In this document: positions 26,470 through 38,700 of the stretch, in pieces
How positions within the stretch are numbered: the stretch's first letter is position 1
Layout of the letters: the number at the start of each line of letters is the position of its first letter
Source of the DNA: Mobula hypostoma
Lineage: Eukaryota
Assembly: GCF_963921235.1 (NCBI RefSeq)
Contig: NC_086098.1
Location: 237,646,001-237,710,000, forward strand
DNA length: 64,000 nucleotides
Direction: 5' to 3'
Notes under the pieces: generated by a model
What the model was told of the DNA's origin: nothing
Databases searched by the model: none
Seen by the model: the letters and a program-made list of their open reading frames with translations, nothing else
Position numbers and translations under genes: made by a program

Positions 26470-28925
26470 TGCCAGGGTCCGGTCCGTGAAGTCCGCATTC
26501 CGGTTCACTGTCAGGTCCATCGATCCGTACTCCGGATTTCCGTGTTTTTCCTGGCTCCGTTGGGCTCCTTAATAGATACACCTGATTCTAGTTTCGGGTC
26601 CTGCACATAGATACCTCTCAAAACTAGGATTCGCTGCTGAACTGTTCTCTTCCCCTCTCCATCTAAATCACTGACAGTTTCATCGACGGTTCCCTCGGTG
26701 GTTTCCTCGGTAATTACCTTGGCATTCACCGCGACCGTCATCTTGGCAAGTATCCTCGGCAGTCATCCCGGCCCTGCGTCCAAGAAAGGGCCCCGGTCCT
26801 GCATCCTAGAGAGCATCCCCGCCCTGCATCCTAGGAGGGTCCCGGCCCTGCCCTCCAAGGTGGTCCCGGCTCCATACACAAGAGCCGAATGAAGCCGAGT
26901 CCAAGATCCATGTCCTGTGCTGGAGTTCCTCGCCTTGCCCAGGAGTTCTTCGCCCTGCCCAGGAGTACCTCGCCCTGCCCAACTTTATCTCGCCCAGCCC
27001 AGAAGTACCTCTGCCTGCCCGGTGCTGGAGATTCCTCGTCCTGTGCTGGAGATTCCTCGCCCGGTGCTGGAGTTTCCCCGTCCTGGGTTGGAGTTCTCTC
27101 GTCCTGTGCTGGAGTTCCCTCATCCAGTTCGGGAGTCTCTCGTCCAATCCAAGAATCCCTCATCCAGTCCAACAGTCCCTCGTCTAGTCCAAGGCACGTC
27201 CAATTACCTGGTCTAGTCCAAGCCAGTCCAAGTACCTCGTCCAGTCCAAGCCAAATCCTAGAAGCTAGTCTAGTCCAGGCCTAGTGCAAGAACCTCGTCC
27301 TGTCCAAGTCAAGGCTTTGTGTTCTCGTCCTATCCGTGTGCCTCATCCTGTGCAGGAGTTCCACGTCCAGTCTTGCGCCACTTCCAGTCCTCTTCTCCAG
27401 CCACGTCCAGTCCTGTAGCCATGTCTTGTCCTCGCCTAGATCCGGGGTCCGAGCCCGAATCAAGACCCAGTTTCCGGGTCCCTGTACAGACTGTGGCTTG
27501 GAGTCTTAGCCCAGGTTCTTAGCTCCAAGTTCCTTGTCCCGCTCCCGCTTTCATCGCCTTAGTCCTATCCAGGCCCGGCGCCCTTGTCGCGTCCAGGGCC
27601 TGTGTCCCGATCCAGCGTCGTTTCTTCCTGACTCCTGTCTCCCCTTGCTTTCTTGATAAACCTTGTTCCGTTCCTTGTACTTCAGTGTCTGTGCTTGCAT
27701 TTAGGTCTGCTCCCAGCCCCTCCCCCCCCCCCCGACCACCCTAATGACAGAAAAGTCCATTCATATATGGACCTAGCAACACAGACAGTGTCGTTTAACT
27801 TTCGCCATCCTGGGTTCCCTCCTGTTGAATACCCTCCACCCCACTCGCCCGTGTCGTCCATAGTCTGGGAAAGCCTTCTGGCTCGCCAAGAGGCTCCCAT
27901 GACAGGCGGGGGGAGTGGTTTCTGTCATAGTCCGGTCCGTGAATTCCGCATTCAGGTTCACGGTAAGGTCCATCGACCCATATTCCGTGTTTTCCCTGTT
28001 TTCCCCCTTTCCGTTGGGAACCTTAATCGAGTTTCGCAGCTTGCACATAAATACCTCTCAAACCAAGGATTCCCTGCTGGACTGATCACTTCCCCTCCCC
28101 ATCAGAATCCCTGACAGTTTCCTCGGCGGTTTCCTCCGCAGTCACCTCAGCAAGGATTCTCGGCAGTCAACCCGTCCCTGCGTCCAAGAAAGTGTCCCGG
28201 CCCTGCTTCCTAGAAAGCATTCCGGCCCTGCGACCTAGGAGGGTTCTGGCTACGTACCCAAGAGCCTAATCAAGCCGATTCGAAGATCCGAGCCAAACCT
28301 AGTCCAAGAGCCACGTCCTGTGCTGGAGTACGTCGCACAGCCCAGGAGTACCTAGCCCAGCCCAGGAGTACCTCGCCCAGCCCAGCAGTACCTCGCCCAG
28401 CCGAGGGGTAAATCGCCCAGCCCAGGAGTACTTCGCCCTGCCCAGGAGTACCTCGCCTAGCGCAGGAGAACTTCGCCCGCCCAGGAATACCTCGCCCAGC
28501 CCGGTGCTGGGGATTCCTCGTCCTGTACTGGAGATCCCTTGTCCTGTTCAGGAGTTCCCTCGTCCAGTCCAAGAGTCTCTCGTCCAGTCCAGGAGTCTCT
28601 CGTCCAGTCCAGGAGTCGCTCGTCTAGTCCAGGAGTCTCTCGTTCAGTCCTGTAGTCACATATTGTCCTCGCCTAGATCAGGGGTCCGAGCCCGTCTCAA
28701 GACCCAGGTTCCGGGTCGCTGTCCAGTCTCTGGCTCGGAGTCCTAGCCCAGGCCCGGTGCCCTTGTCTCGTCCAGAGCCTGTGTATATTTCCAGAGTCGG
28801 TTCTTCCTGACTCCCCTTGCTTTCTTGATAAACCTTGACCTGTTCCTAGTACTTCAGTGTCTGTGTCTTGCATTTGGGTCCGCTCCCAGAGACCAGCCCC
28901 CCCCCCCCCACCTTGCCCCATAACA
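26470..28925 (+). mobile_element. Two-LTR mini retrotransposon with a 173-bp internal region, TSD TTTAT
   Basis: LTR1 26470-27749, internal region 27750-27922 (gag-like start ATGGACCTAGCA at 27767; G-rich PPT ~27905-27915), LTR2 27923-28925. TTTAT at 26465-26469 and 28926-28930. Confidence 0.85.
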
Positions 28926-29298
28926 TTTATATGTTTCTATAAGATTTCCTCTCATAATTCTGAATTCCAGTGTGTACATTCCCACGCTATTCAATCTATT
29001 CTCATAGTCCAACCACCTCATTTCTGGAATCAACCTCGTGAACCTCATCTGCACGCCCTCCAGAACCTATATATTCTTCCTCAAGTAAGGAGACCAGATC
29101 TGCACGCAGTACCCTAAATGAGGCCTCACCAGTATCCTATACAGTTGCAGCATAGCCTCCCTGTTCTTAAATTCAACAGCTTTAGCAGTGACCTACAGCC
29201 CGTTTGCCTTCTTGATAATTTGATCCACCTGCAAAGCAGCCTTTTGCGATTCATGCACGAACACCCCCAAGTCCTTCTGCACAGCAGCACGCTGCAAT

Positions 29299-30044
29299 TT
29301 TTATACAGGGGGCGCTGGGAGCGGACTCAAAGGCAAGACACAGATACTGAAGTACTAAGATCAGCTGTGCCAAGCAAACAAAGGAAGTGGAGAAGAAACA
29401 ACGCTGGACAAGACACAGGCCCTGGACGAAACTACGATACAGAGCCTGGGTAGGACAAGACTTGGAAAGAAAGACCTGGACGTGGAACTAGGAACTTGGA
29501 ACCTGGGTCTTGACTCGGGCTCGGACTCCAGATCCAGGCGAGGGCAAGTCGTGGCAAGGCAACAGGACTGGACGTGGCGGCAGGACGCGGGACTGGAACT
29601 GGATGAGGACACGAAGCTCAGACTTAGTCTTGGAAGACAAGAACGCAGAAAACAGAGCCTTGGTCTTGGGAGACAGGAACACAGAACACAGAGCCTTGGT
29701 CGAGGGAGAACAGGAACCCAGAACCTTGGTCGACGGAGAACAGGAACATGGAACACAGAGCCGGGACACCTCCTTGGGAACAGAACGTGGGGCCGGGGCG
29801 AGGCTTCAGGCGAAGGTAGCAGGCGAGGCTTCAGGCGGAGGCTTCAGATGGAAGGGGAAGGGGAGGGAACAGTCCAGCATTTGAAGCTGAACCTAGGAGC
29901 GGTTTATGTAGACAGCCCAAAATGAGAATCATGTGCCTCAATTAAGGCACACAACAGGACAAGAGGAAACCGGAAAACCTGGAATACGGATGAATGGACA
30001 AGACCGTGTACAGGAATGCGGATATCACGGACCGGACCCCGACA
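29299..30044 (-). mobile_element. Solo LTR of the tandem-repeat LTR family, TSD GCAAT
   Basis: Reverse copy ending ...tcacggaccggaccccgaca. GCAAT at 29294-29298 and 30045-30049. Confidence 0.8.
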
Positions 30045-30718
30045 GCAATCTTTTAACCTTTCAAATAATAATTTGATCTTACATTTTTCCTTCCAAAATA
30101 TATAACCTCACATTTACCAATATTGTACTCCAACTGTCACACCCTTGCCCACTCACTTAAGCTATCTATATTTCTCTGCAGACTTTCCCTTTGCTCTGCA
30201 CAACTTGTTTTTGGTGTCATCAGCAAACTTAGAAACACTACTCCTAGTCCCCTCTTCCAGATCTTTAATGAATACCGTGAACAGTTATGGCTTCAGCACC
30301 GACCCCTGCAGCACACCACTCGCCACTAATTGCCAACCAAAGAAACACCCATATATCCCAAATCTCTACTTTCTATTGGTTAACAAATCCTCTATCCTTG
30401 CTAATACATTACTCCCAACTCTATGCATCTTTATCTTATGGATAAGTCTTTTATGTGGTCTGTTATTGAATGCCTTCTAGAAATTCAAGTAAATAACGTC
30501 CAGGTGTTCCCCATTATCCACAGCCCTTGTTATCACCTTAGAAACTCCAGTAAATTTGTCAAACAAGACCTGCCTTTGCTGAATCCATGCAGCGTCTTTC
30601 CAGGTGCTTCGGATTCATTCTTACATGCCTCAAATATTTCTCTGTTTATTGTCCGTGCCACTGTAATGTTATTTTGCGGTGGCCAATAGAGAACTTCCTC
30701 CTGTGATTTTCCCCCTTT

Positions 30719-31533
30719 TGTGACGGGGTCCTCAATTACCCCTATAAACTGTGCTCGATTACCCCTATGAACTGGGCTTTTAAAGAGAGAGAGTAAGAGG
30801 TTCATTTAACACAACCACCTTGTTTAAAAGAGAGAGGCAAAGACGAGACCGCTCACAGGTTCTTTATACATCCATCAAGGACATCACCTGCTTATACATT
30901 CTTACACAGACAGGGAAGGGAGGAGCTGTTTGAATGACAGTTGGTACTCAGTACGGGGAGACAAATAGAAGGTCAGATGATAGACCTGAGACATATGGTT
31001 TTGGACACGGGATGAGCTTTTTTGTGCCCACAGAAAAAGTGGGTTTTTGGAGGATCGATCAGTGGCTCTTGCAGTGTGCAAAGGAAGGGACCGGTGGGGA
31101 GTGGTTCGTGTGTGTCAACCATCGCCTGGGTTTATAGCTCCACCACAGAAGAACCGTCCCCTTTCTTGTGGTCACAGTCGGTGACTTTTAAAGGATTTCG
31201 GAGGACAACGGGAAGATCAACGGCGTCAGCTCACCTGAAGATTCAAATCTCTCTCTCTCTCTCCATCACTACTCAACTCAATACCACGAACTGAACTGAG
31301 CTTTACTGATTATCGTAAGACTGTATCTATTTACCCTCGGAATTGAAGAAGCTTGGTTTTCATATATTTCCGCAATTACTTATATATAATCATTGCTAAC
31401 CTGCTTGATTTATCTGCATTTATATTACTGTATTGTGTAGTTAGTAATAAATGCTATTAGTTAATAGCAATATCGGACTCCAAAGTGTTTTCCATCCATG
31501 CTGGTTCTTTAACCAGTCACAGGGTACGTGACA
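30719..31533 (+). mobile_element. Solo LTR of a different family, TSD CTTT
   Basis: TGTGAC...GTGACA termini, internal AATAAA near 31446. CTTT at 30715-30718 and 31534-31537. Confidence 0.8.
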
Positions 31534-32354
31534 CTTTACTATTCTTAAACTCTACCCAGATGATTTCAGTATTCTACTCCTTAGATCTTATATCGTCTCT
31601 CACTATCGCCCTGATCTAATCTTTAATTAAGAGCACTTACCTTCCTGCCTGTCCTTCCATCTTGCCTGATATCCTTGGATATTTCATTCCTAATCCTCTC
31701 CACCCTGCATCCAGATTTCTATGTAGGCCACTGAATAGTACTCCTTTCTACTGATTTGGGCCACAAGCTTACTGATCGTGTTACGAATACTATGGACATC
31801 CAAGTCAAGTGCAGTTACACTCATTGTGCTTTTAAAATCTTCTAATCATTTATTCTTTCGTATTTCTGTTTTCTTCACTCCAAAACTTAAACTTTTTTTT
31901 TGCTTTTGTTTAATCTTTATCCGCACTTTTCTCTTTTACTTCTCCAATCTGTTGAACCCACCCCCTGCTATTGCGTTGAAAGGCGTATCTATAGCCCTAG
32001 TTATGAGATTCACTCGGATCCAGATCCCATCACGGATCAGATGGTGTCTGTCCCATTGGTACAGCTCCCTCCTTCCCAATACTGGTGCCGATTGCTCATG
32101 AATTCAAATCTACTTCTCCCACACGAATCCCTGAGCCACGCAATTAACTCGATAATCTTCTTGACCTCCTGTCAGTGAGAATGTCTTTCTGCACCATCAC
32201 TGGGAACGTTTCATGATCTGGAGAGAGAATTCAGGATCCATGGATACAGCGGTGATTATTCAATCAACCTTTGGACAATTGCATACAACCGGCTTACTAC
32301 AATTTGGACGTTAGATGACCAAGAAAAAAATTAACATTTCGTGCCAAATTATAA

Positions 32355-32360
32355 TTTATT
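32355..32360 (-). other. Candidate polyadenylation signal of the VJ-C1 receptor gene
   Basis: TTTATT on the plus strand (AATAAA on minus), downstream of the stop at 32764. Confidence 0.45.
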
Positions 32361-32763
32361 GAAGCAGTAGTTATGACAAGGGTTAGTTTTAATTGCAGCA
32401 AGCTGTACGTAATCAGGGATGGGACAACAGATTAACCGTTGTTCATTATTACCCATTGGTCAGAGTGAAGGAGCTCAGAGTTCGGCTTCGGATGGAGAGA
32501 TCTGGGAATATGACAAGCGCTCATGCAGCCGATCGATGGCGCTGTGAATCAATTGGACCACCTGCGTGCGGGCTTTCTTTCGAGTTTGCGGGTTTACGTC
32601 TCGGCGGGTCCGGTTTGTCGCTTTCGCACTGCAAGTTGCTCAGCTTGTGCCGTTACTCACACGACTCTTTACTACTCCGTTACTGTTCTTGCTCCGCACA
32701 TACGAAACAAGGTCTAAATCTGTCGCTTTTCATGGAGCATAATATTCACTCTGCCTTTCCAGA

Positions 32764-32796
32764 TCAGTTAGCATCAATCGCCAGCTGAGCGTAGAT
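32764..32796 (-). CDS. Exon 6: terminal cytoplasmic exon IYAQLAIDAN*
   Basis: Acceptor tcattcccttacag|; phase 0 matches exon 5. Carries a YxxL motif and a TGA stop. Minus-strand AATAAA lies about 400 nt downstream. Confidence 0.72.
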   Translation of the reverse strand: MYAQLAIDAN

Positions 32797-35700
32797 CTGT
32801 AAGGGAATGACATGAGATTGGTTACCGTATCAATTCCCACCCTGCACCATTCTTCGCCAGGTTGTGTGTATGGCGCAACTTAATAACGCGTTAATTCCAG
32901 ATCAAAGGGATGTGATATCATTGAGCAAAGAGTTTCATTCACCTTTAATATGCCTGATTACAGTCAACAACAAAACGCAGGCCTCTCTTTTGGTCGCTGA
33001 ACCTGCCCCTGTTATGTCCTTCCGATTTCAATATTATTCTTCGGTCCCTGCTCTGTGAAATCTTGTCCAGCCTTGGACCTAACATATCCATAATATCCTA
33101 CAGCCCGTGGAAGTCTGGTTCTCCCTTAAATACAGTATTTTTCGGCCTTACATCGTCCCTGTCTGCCTCTCCATCTGACGCCACCAGCACCAATGCCCTT
33201 CCCTATCTATCTAACTCCCTGCAGTCTTTGCACTGCTCTCTGCGTAACTGTTTAGGCACCTGCACGGCAGTCTATTTGCGTAACCCCTCCAGCCCGTATA
33301 CCCCTCTGTGTGACCCCCGTCCGACCTGCATTCGCATTATGTGACCCCTTCAGCCAGTATACACTCCGTGTGACCCCTCCAGCCCGTATACCCCTCTGTG
33401 TGACCCTTCCAGCCTCGAAACCCTCTATCTGTGTAACCTTTCTAAAACTTTCGCTATCTGTCTAATTCGTCCAAATCCTAAACTCCTTTATCAACGCAGC
33501 ACAATCGAACCTCTATCTCCTCGCAGATCTGTAATCCTCTTTTCTTTAACCTTTTTCCCTGAAACTGAAATCTCCTGAAATTTCCTGTCCAATTCCATTC
33601 CCTGTTGTACTCTTTCTTTTCTTCCGCAACTCCAAGACTTCCCAAGTTCTCTGCACTCCGCTGTTGCGGACATACGCCAGCAGTGGATACGTTCGCTGCT
33701 GTGGGTCTGGAAACCTGACTGCTCCTTGGTTAAAGTCCTCCTGCACACCGGGAGCGGCCAGCTGCGGGTAACATGAACGTGTATTGTCTGTTGTTAGGTT
33801 CTGTCTATTGTCGTATCTGTAATTTGTTTTAGGACAATGAATCCTACACAAAGCTCTTAAAACAACCGGGTTGTCGTGGGGAACTTCAAATTCCCTAATA
33901 CGGAGAAATTTCTGAAATGCCTGGTTTCGCTGCCGTTGTTACTCTGCGGTCGAGAATCTCCGGAGGGAAGGCCCCAAAATCCCCGGGATTGCCTGCTGCT
34001 GGCGATCGAGGCTGAGTTCGAAGCTTTCGGATAGAGATGGTGCTCGGTACTCATGTCCGAGGGTTGATCAGAGCTCGAGGTTTTCGGACCACTCGGAGTC
34101 GGACTGTGGTCGGGTATGGCAGGGAGAGTTTTCATCCTTCTCCCGTCTGCGTGAGATGTGGGGTGTTCAAGAGACTTTGAACTTTTTTTACTGTGCCATG
34201 GACTGTTCTTCATCAAGTTATGGTATTGTTGCACTGTTATAATTATGTGTTTTTGTTAGTTTTTCAGTCTTGGTCCGTCCTGTGTTTCTGTGATATCACA
34301 CCGGAGGAATATTGTATCATTTCTTAATGCATGCATTACTAAATGACAATAAAAGAGGACTGCGTGTCCTCATAATCTAATAATCTAATAATCTAATCTA
34401 ATCAAGTGGGATCTCCTTAAAGCGAGGGATTTATAGTGTGCAACATTTGCTTGGTGAATCCAAAATAGTTTCTGTATCAATGTGCAGATGTTCCAACAAG
34501 AAGATGGGGCAACATTGAACTGGAGTTTGACCATGAGCCTGGGCAAGCGACTGACTTTTCACTGGGAGAACATTGAGCGAACAGTTATCTCAACTCCAGA
34601 GGTTTTAAGATAGCCGTAGATGAGAATATTATAAATACCATTAAATTCAGTGAAGACCATGAAAAGTCATTGGCAAGACGGATTAAAGAGAATTCCGCGG
34701 GTGGGGGGGGGGTGGTTCTATTCACACATCAAGAGCAATATGATAGCTAGGAGCGGGTACAACAACTGAATGATAAATGAGGTAACGTGAATGGCTGTGA
34801 ATGATGTGGTTCGGTGCTTAATATCAAGGAGAAATAATGACAAGTGCCGAGATCAGTGTGGAGGGCACGAATTTGCTTGTGCATTATGAAATAAATAATG
34901 AGGTATTTCTGTGTCTTTTAAGGAACATTAAGTGGGTGTCTTGTTAGGATATACGCCGGGTTATTAAGAGGGGCAAGAGATGAGATTGCTGGAGGCTTGA
35001 CCAATATCTTAGTGTCCTCTCCAGCCACAGGAGAGGTTTCGGAGAATTAATACGTAGCTAACGGTGAAAGGAAATAGGGATAATCTTGAAAAGTATAGAC
35101 CGGTGAGTCTCGCATCAGCAGTAGGGAAGTTACTGGAAATAATTCTTAACGATCGCATTTATGAGCGTCTGGAAAACCTGTCATTGTGGGTGGCACGTCG
35201 ATTCTTCCTAACTTGATTAGGACTTTGGACGAAGTGACAATGGTGATTTCTTGCAGGCAGAGCTATGGATGTTGTCCACATGGATTAACTAAGGCGTTTG
35301 ACAAGGTCCCATATAGGAGGCTCAATCGAAGATTAAAATGCATGAGTTTTATGGTGAATTGGCCGTTGAGATTCAATACAGGCTTGTCCATAGAAGACAG
35401 AGGGTGCCAGTCGAGAGACTTATTCTAGCTGGAGGATTGTGACCCGCAGGGATCTGTACTGGGATCTCCGCCAGATGTGATGTATATAAATTACCTTGAT
35501 GAAAATGTAAATGGGTGGGTTAGTAAGTTTGCAGATGATACCAGAGTTATGGACAGTGTAGAAGGCGGTCAAAGGATACAGACCAGTTGCAGATACGGAC
35601 AAATAAGAGGGGGTTTGATCCCATCAAATGACAAATATTGCATTATAAAGGGATAGTACACTATTAATGACAAGCTCCTTAACACTCCTGACGTACAGAG

Positions 35701-38700
35701 GGATTTTGGACTTGAGTCCGTATCTCTCTGAATGTAACGACACAGCTTGTTAGGGTGGTCAAAAGGCACATGGCATTCTTTCCTTGATCTGTCAAGGAAA
35801 TGTGTTCCAGACTCTAGAAGTAATATTGGAGCCTAATAGATCCTGCAGTTAGACTGCATCTGAAGTATTGCATTCAATTTTGGTCAGTTCCATTATAGGA
35901 AAGATGTTGGGGCTTTGGAAAAAATGCAGAAGTATTCTCGGATGCTGTCTGGAAAGTAGATCATCTGATATGAGGAGAGTTTGGCCCTACGCACGAATTC
36001 TTCGCATTGTAAATAATCCGTCCCCTTCCTCCAACAATCTTTCTTATCCCCTACCATCAGGCAGGTGGTACCGGAGCATTAAAACAAGAACTTTTAGGGT
36101 GGGAAACAACTTCCTCCTGTAGGCCATAAGACTACGAAGCTCCCTGCCACCACCCACGTCTCAACATGTATGAAGTGCCAATAGCGTTGTACTGTTTATC
36201 TTTGACTTCTGCCGTATGCCTCGTATTATTTGTTAATTTATTTGTGGTTATTGTGATTACATTACTTAATGTGTGGTGTGTAAGTTATATGTACTGCGTT
36301 GTGCAACTTGGTCCGGAGGACCGTTGTTCCGCATGGCGATATACATGATAATAAACTGAACTTGAACTTGAACGTAAGCAAACTTGAGTTGTTTACTCTG
36401 GAAAATCGGAGATTGAGGGGCTATTTGACATCGATTTACATACTATGAGAGGCACAGATAGAAAAGGCAGCCAGTATCGCTTTTCCACATTGTTGAAACG
36501 TGGCATGTGCTTAAGTTGAACTGGGGTAAGTTCAAAGGAGATGTGCGGGTCCCTTTTTAACACAGAGAATGGTAGAAGCCCGGAATTCGCTGCCGAAGGT
36601 GTTGGTGGAGGCAAATGCGATAGACCCGTTCCAGAGGCTTTCCGATAGGCACATAGATTTGCTAGAAATTGAAGAATATGGGCATTCTTCAAGCGGGAGT
36701 GATTAATGTAGTTGGGTATTTGATTACTAATTCAATTAGCTCAATAGCACATCGTCGACTGAAGGACGAGTCCCCGTGTTGTACTATTCTAAGCGCAAAG
36801 CAATTATCTGCTTATAAATGGCATTACTGGGTACAGGAGTGGAACCCGCTGTGGTATTCTGCTGTTGTAGCCCATTCACTTCAAGTTTGGATGCTTTATC
36901 CTCTCAGAGATGGTCTTCTGACACCAAAAACATAACATGTGATTATTTAAGTTACTTTCACTTTCCTGTCAGCTTGAACCAGTCTGTCCATTCTCCTCTA
37001 ACCTCTCTCATTAACAATTTGGTTATGACCACATCACTGCCACTCTCTGGATTTTGCCTGTTTGCTTGTTTGTTTGTATTTTTTTGCACCAATCTTTGTA
37101 AGCTCTGGAGACTGGTATGCCTGAAAACGCCAGGATATCGCATTAACGAGCAGGTTTTACACGTGTACTTGAAATTGAGTGTACTTACATCACGTTCTCG
37201 ATCCTTTCGCCGGGTGTTGGTGATTTTGCTTGCCGTTTCTCCTTTTACTGATTGAAAGAGATGTTTAGAAGTGAGCTTTTCTTCAAAGGGATTATTCACC
37301 TTTTGGCGAGAAGTTCAGGTCATGATAATGTTAAGGCCAGCACGTTACCTGGTTCGCGTTCTTTCCGACACTTCCTAATAGCCACCGTGGACGCCCCTAC
37401 AGCAAGGAACACGAGTGTCGCCGCCAGGCCAATTGTAAGCATATGACAGAGTTCGACCTGCACGCTGTCTGAAGGACGTAAAAACAATTTTCAATTGAAA
37501 GTAATTTACCATTAGTTCCAATCTGCATTTGTTGCCTATGGATCCTAAATACTCAACAGATTGAACATAAAATGAAGGAATCATTAAAATCAGAATCAGG
37601 CATTTGTCCTGAGACTTGCTGTTTTGCTGTGGCAGTAAATTGCAATATTCAAACTATAAGTTACAATAAGAAGTATATGTATGTGTCTGCTTGTCTGCAA
37701 ATTAAGTAAGTAGTGCAAAATGAGAGGGAAATGGTGAGGTAGTGTTCATGGGTTAATTGACCATTCAGATGTCTGATGGTGGAGGAGAAGAAGCTGATCC
37801 TAAAACTTTGAGTGTGTGTTTTCAAACACTTATTGTTCCATCCTGAGAGCAGAAATGCGGAAAGGGCATGTCCTGGGTGATGGGGTCCATACTGATAGAT
37901 GCCCCATTTTGCAGCATGACCTTTTGATGGTGTCCTGGATATGAGGACACTGTTGCCCATGATGGAGCTAGATGAGCTTACAACTGATATATTTAAGGCG
38001 GAGGTTGATGGTATCTCGATTAGCAGGGACGTCAGAGGTGTCGGGGAAAGGGAGGAGAACAGGGCTGAGGGGAATAGTGAAAAGACGACGATGGAATAGC
38101 GGAGAAGACTCGATGAGCTTGTGGTCTTATGCTGTAATCTCTTATTCCTTCTGAAAATTGTGACCTTAGATCTATCCAAATAGCTCCCTGGTCGTCACAG
38201 GAACTGGCCATCCGACCCAACTAACCCATACTGGTACTTGAGACCCCGGGAGCATTTACATGTTCGTCCACCTCTGCTCTAGACTACTCCAGGTTGATAC
38301 CGATAACTTTAACGGGCCTCACTACAACACTTCTTTCAAGTTTGGGGCGTGTGGTCTCTGATTATCCTTCGAGTGCTGGCCAACGTCATTGGCTGTGCGT
38401 CGTTCTGCCTCAGATATGCTTGCTCCATTCTGCTGTAAAGGTAGCTCGTGACTCTAGGGACACGTTTTCTATCCAGCTCTCGAAGTGTGTGCACTTTTCC
38501 GCGTAATCATGTGGCATTCCACCACATATTGCCGCTGCCCCTCACTTAGGAAGAGCTTGCTGGTAAATATGTGGCAACAAAGAATCAAAGCAAGTATGAT
38601 TTCCGTTTCTATGCTGTAAGATTAAAGGGGATACAAATGTCAGAAAGCTGGTACAGGGTGTCTCGGGACTGACTCGGCCAATAGCAAGAACGAGATTGAG

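Larger units (their letters stand above)
26110..32180 (-). mobile_element. Degenerate minus-strand CR1 LINE split by three LTR insertions
   Basis: CR1 pieces at ~26110-26469, 28926-29298, 30045-30718 and 31534-32180 continue across each LTR insertion (3' end, RT SCLTNLLEF, endonuclease pieces). Confidence 0.7.

Noticed and set aside
26806-27284. Overlapping repetitive ORFs of about 100-130 aa
   Set aside because: They arise from tandem arrays inside the LTR; the same applies to ORFs at 28270-28746, 29361-29925 and 57527-58133.
32943-32953. 11-nt microexon (GILK) bridging TM to the last exon
   Set aside because: Exon 37247-37189 provides the 1->0 phase change with much better splice sites.
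33546-33851. Minus-strand ORF containing ITIM-like SCYPQL and TYPLL
   Set aside because: The nearby acceptor would need phase 2, which is incompatible with exon 5 (phase 0). No supported splice path was found.
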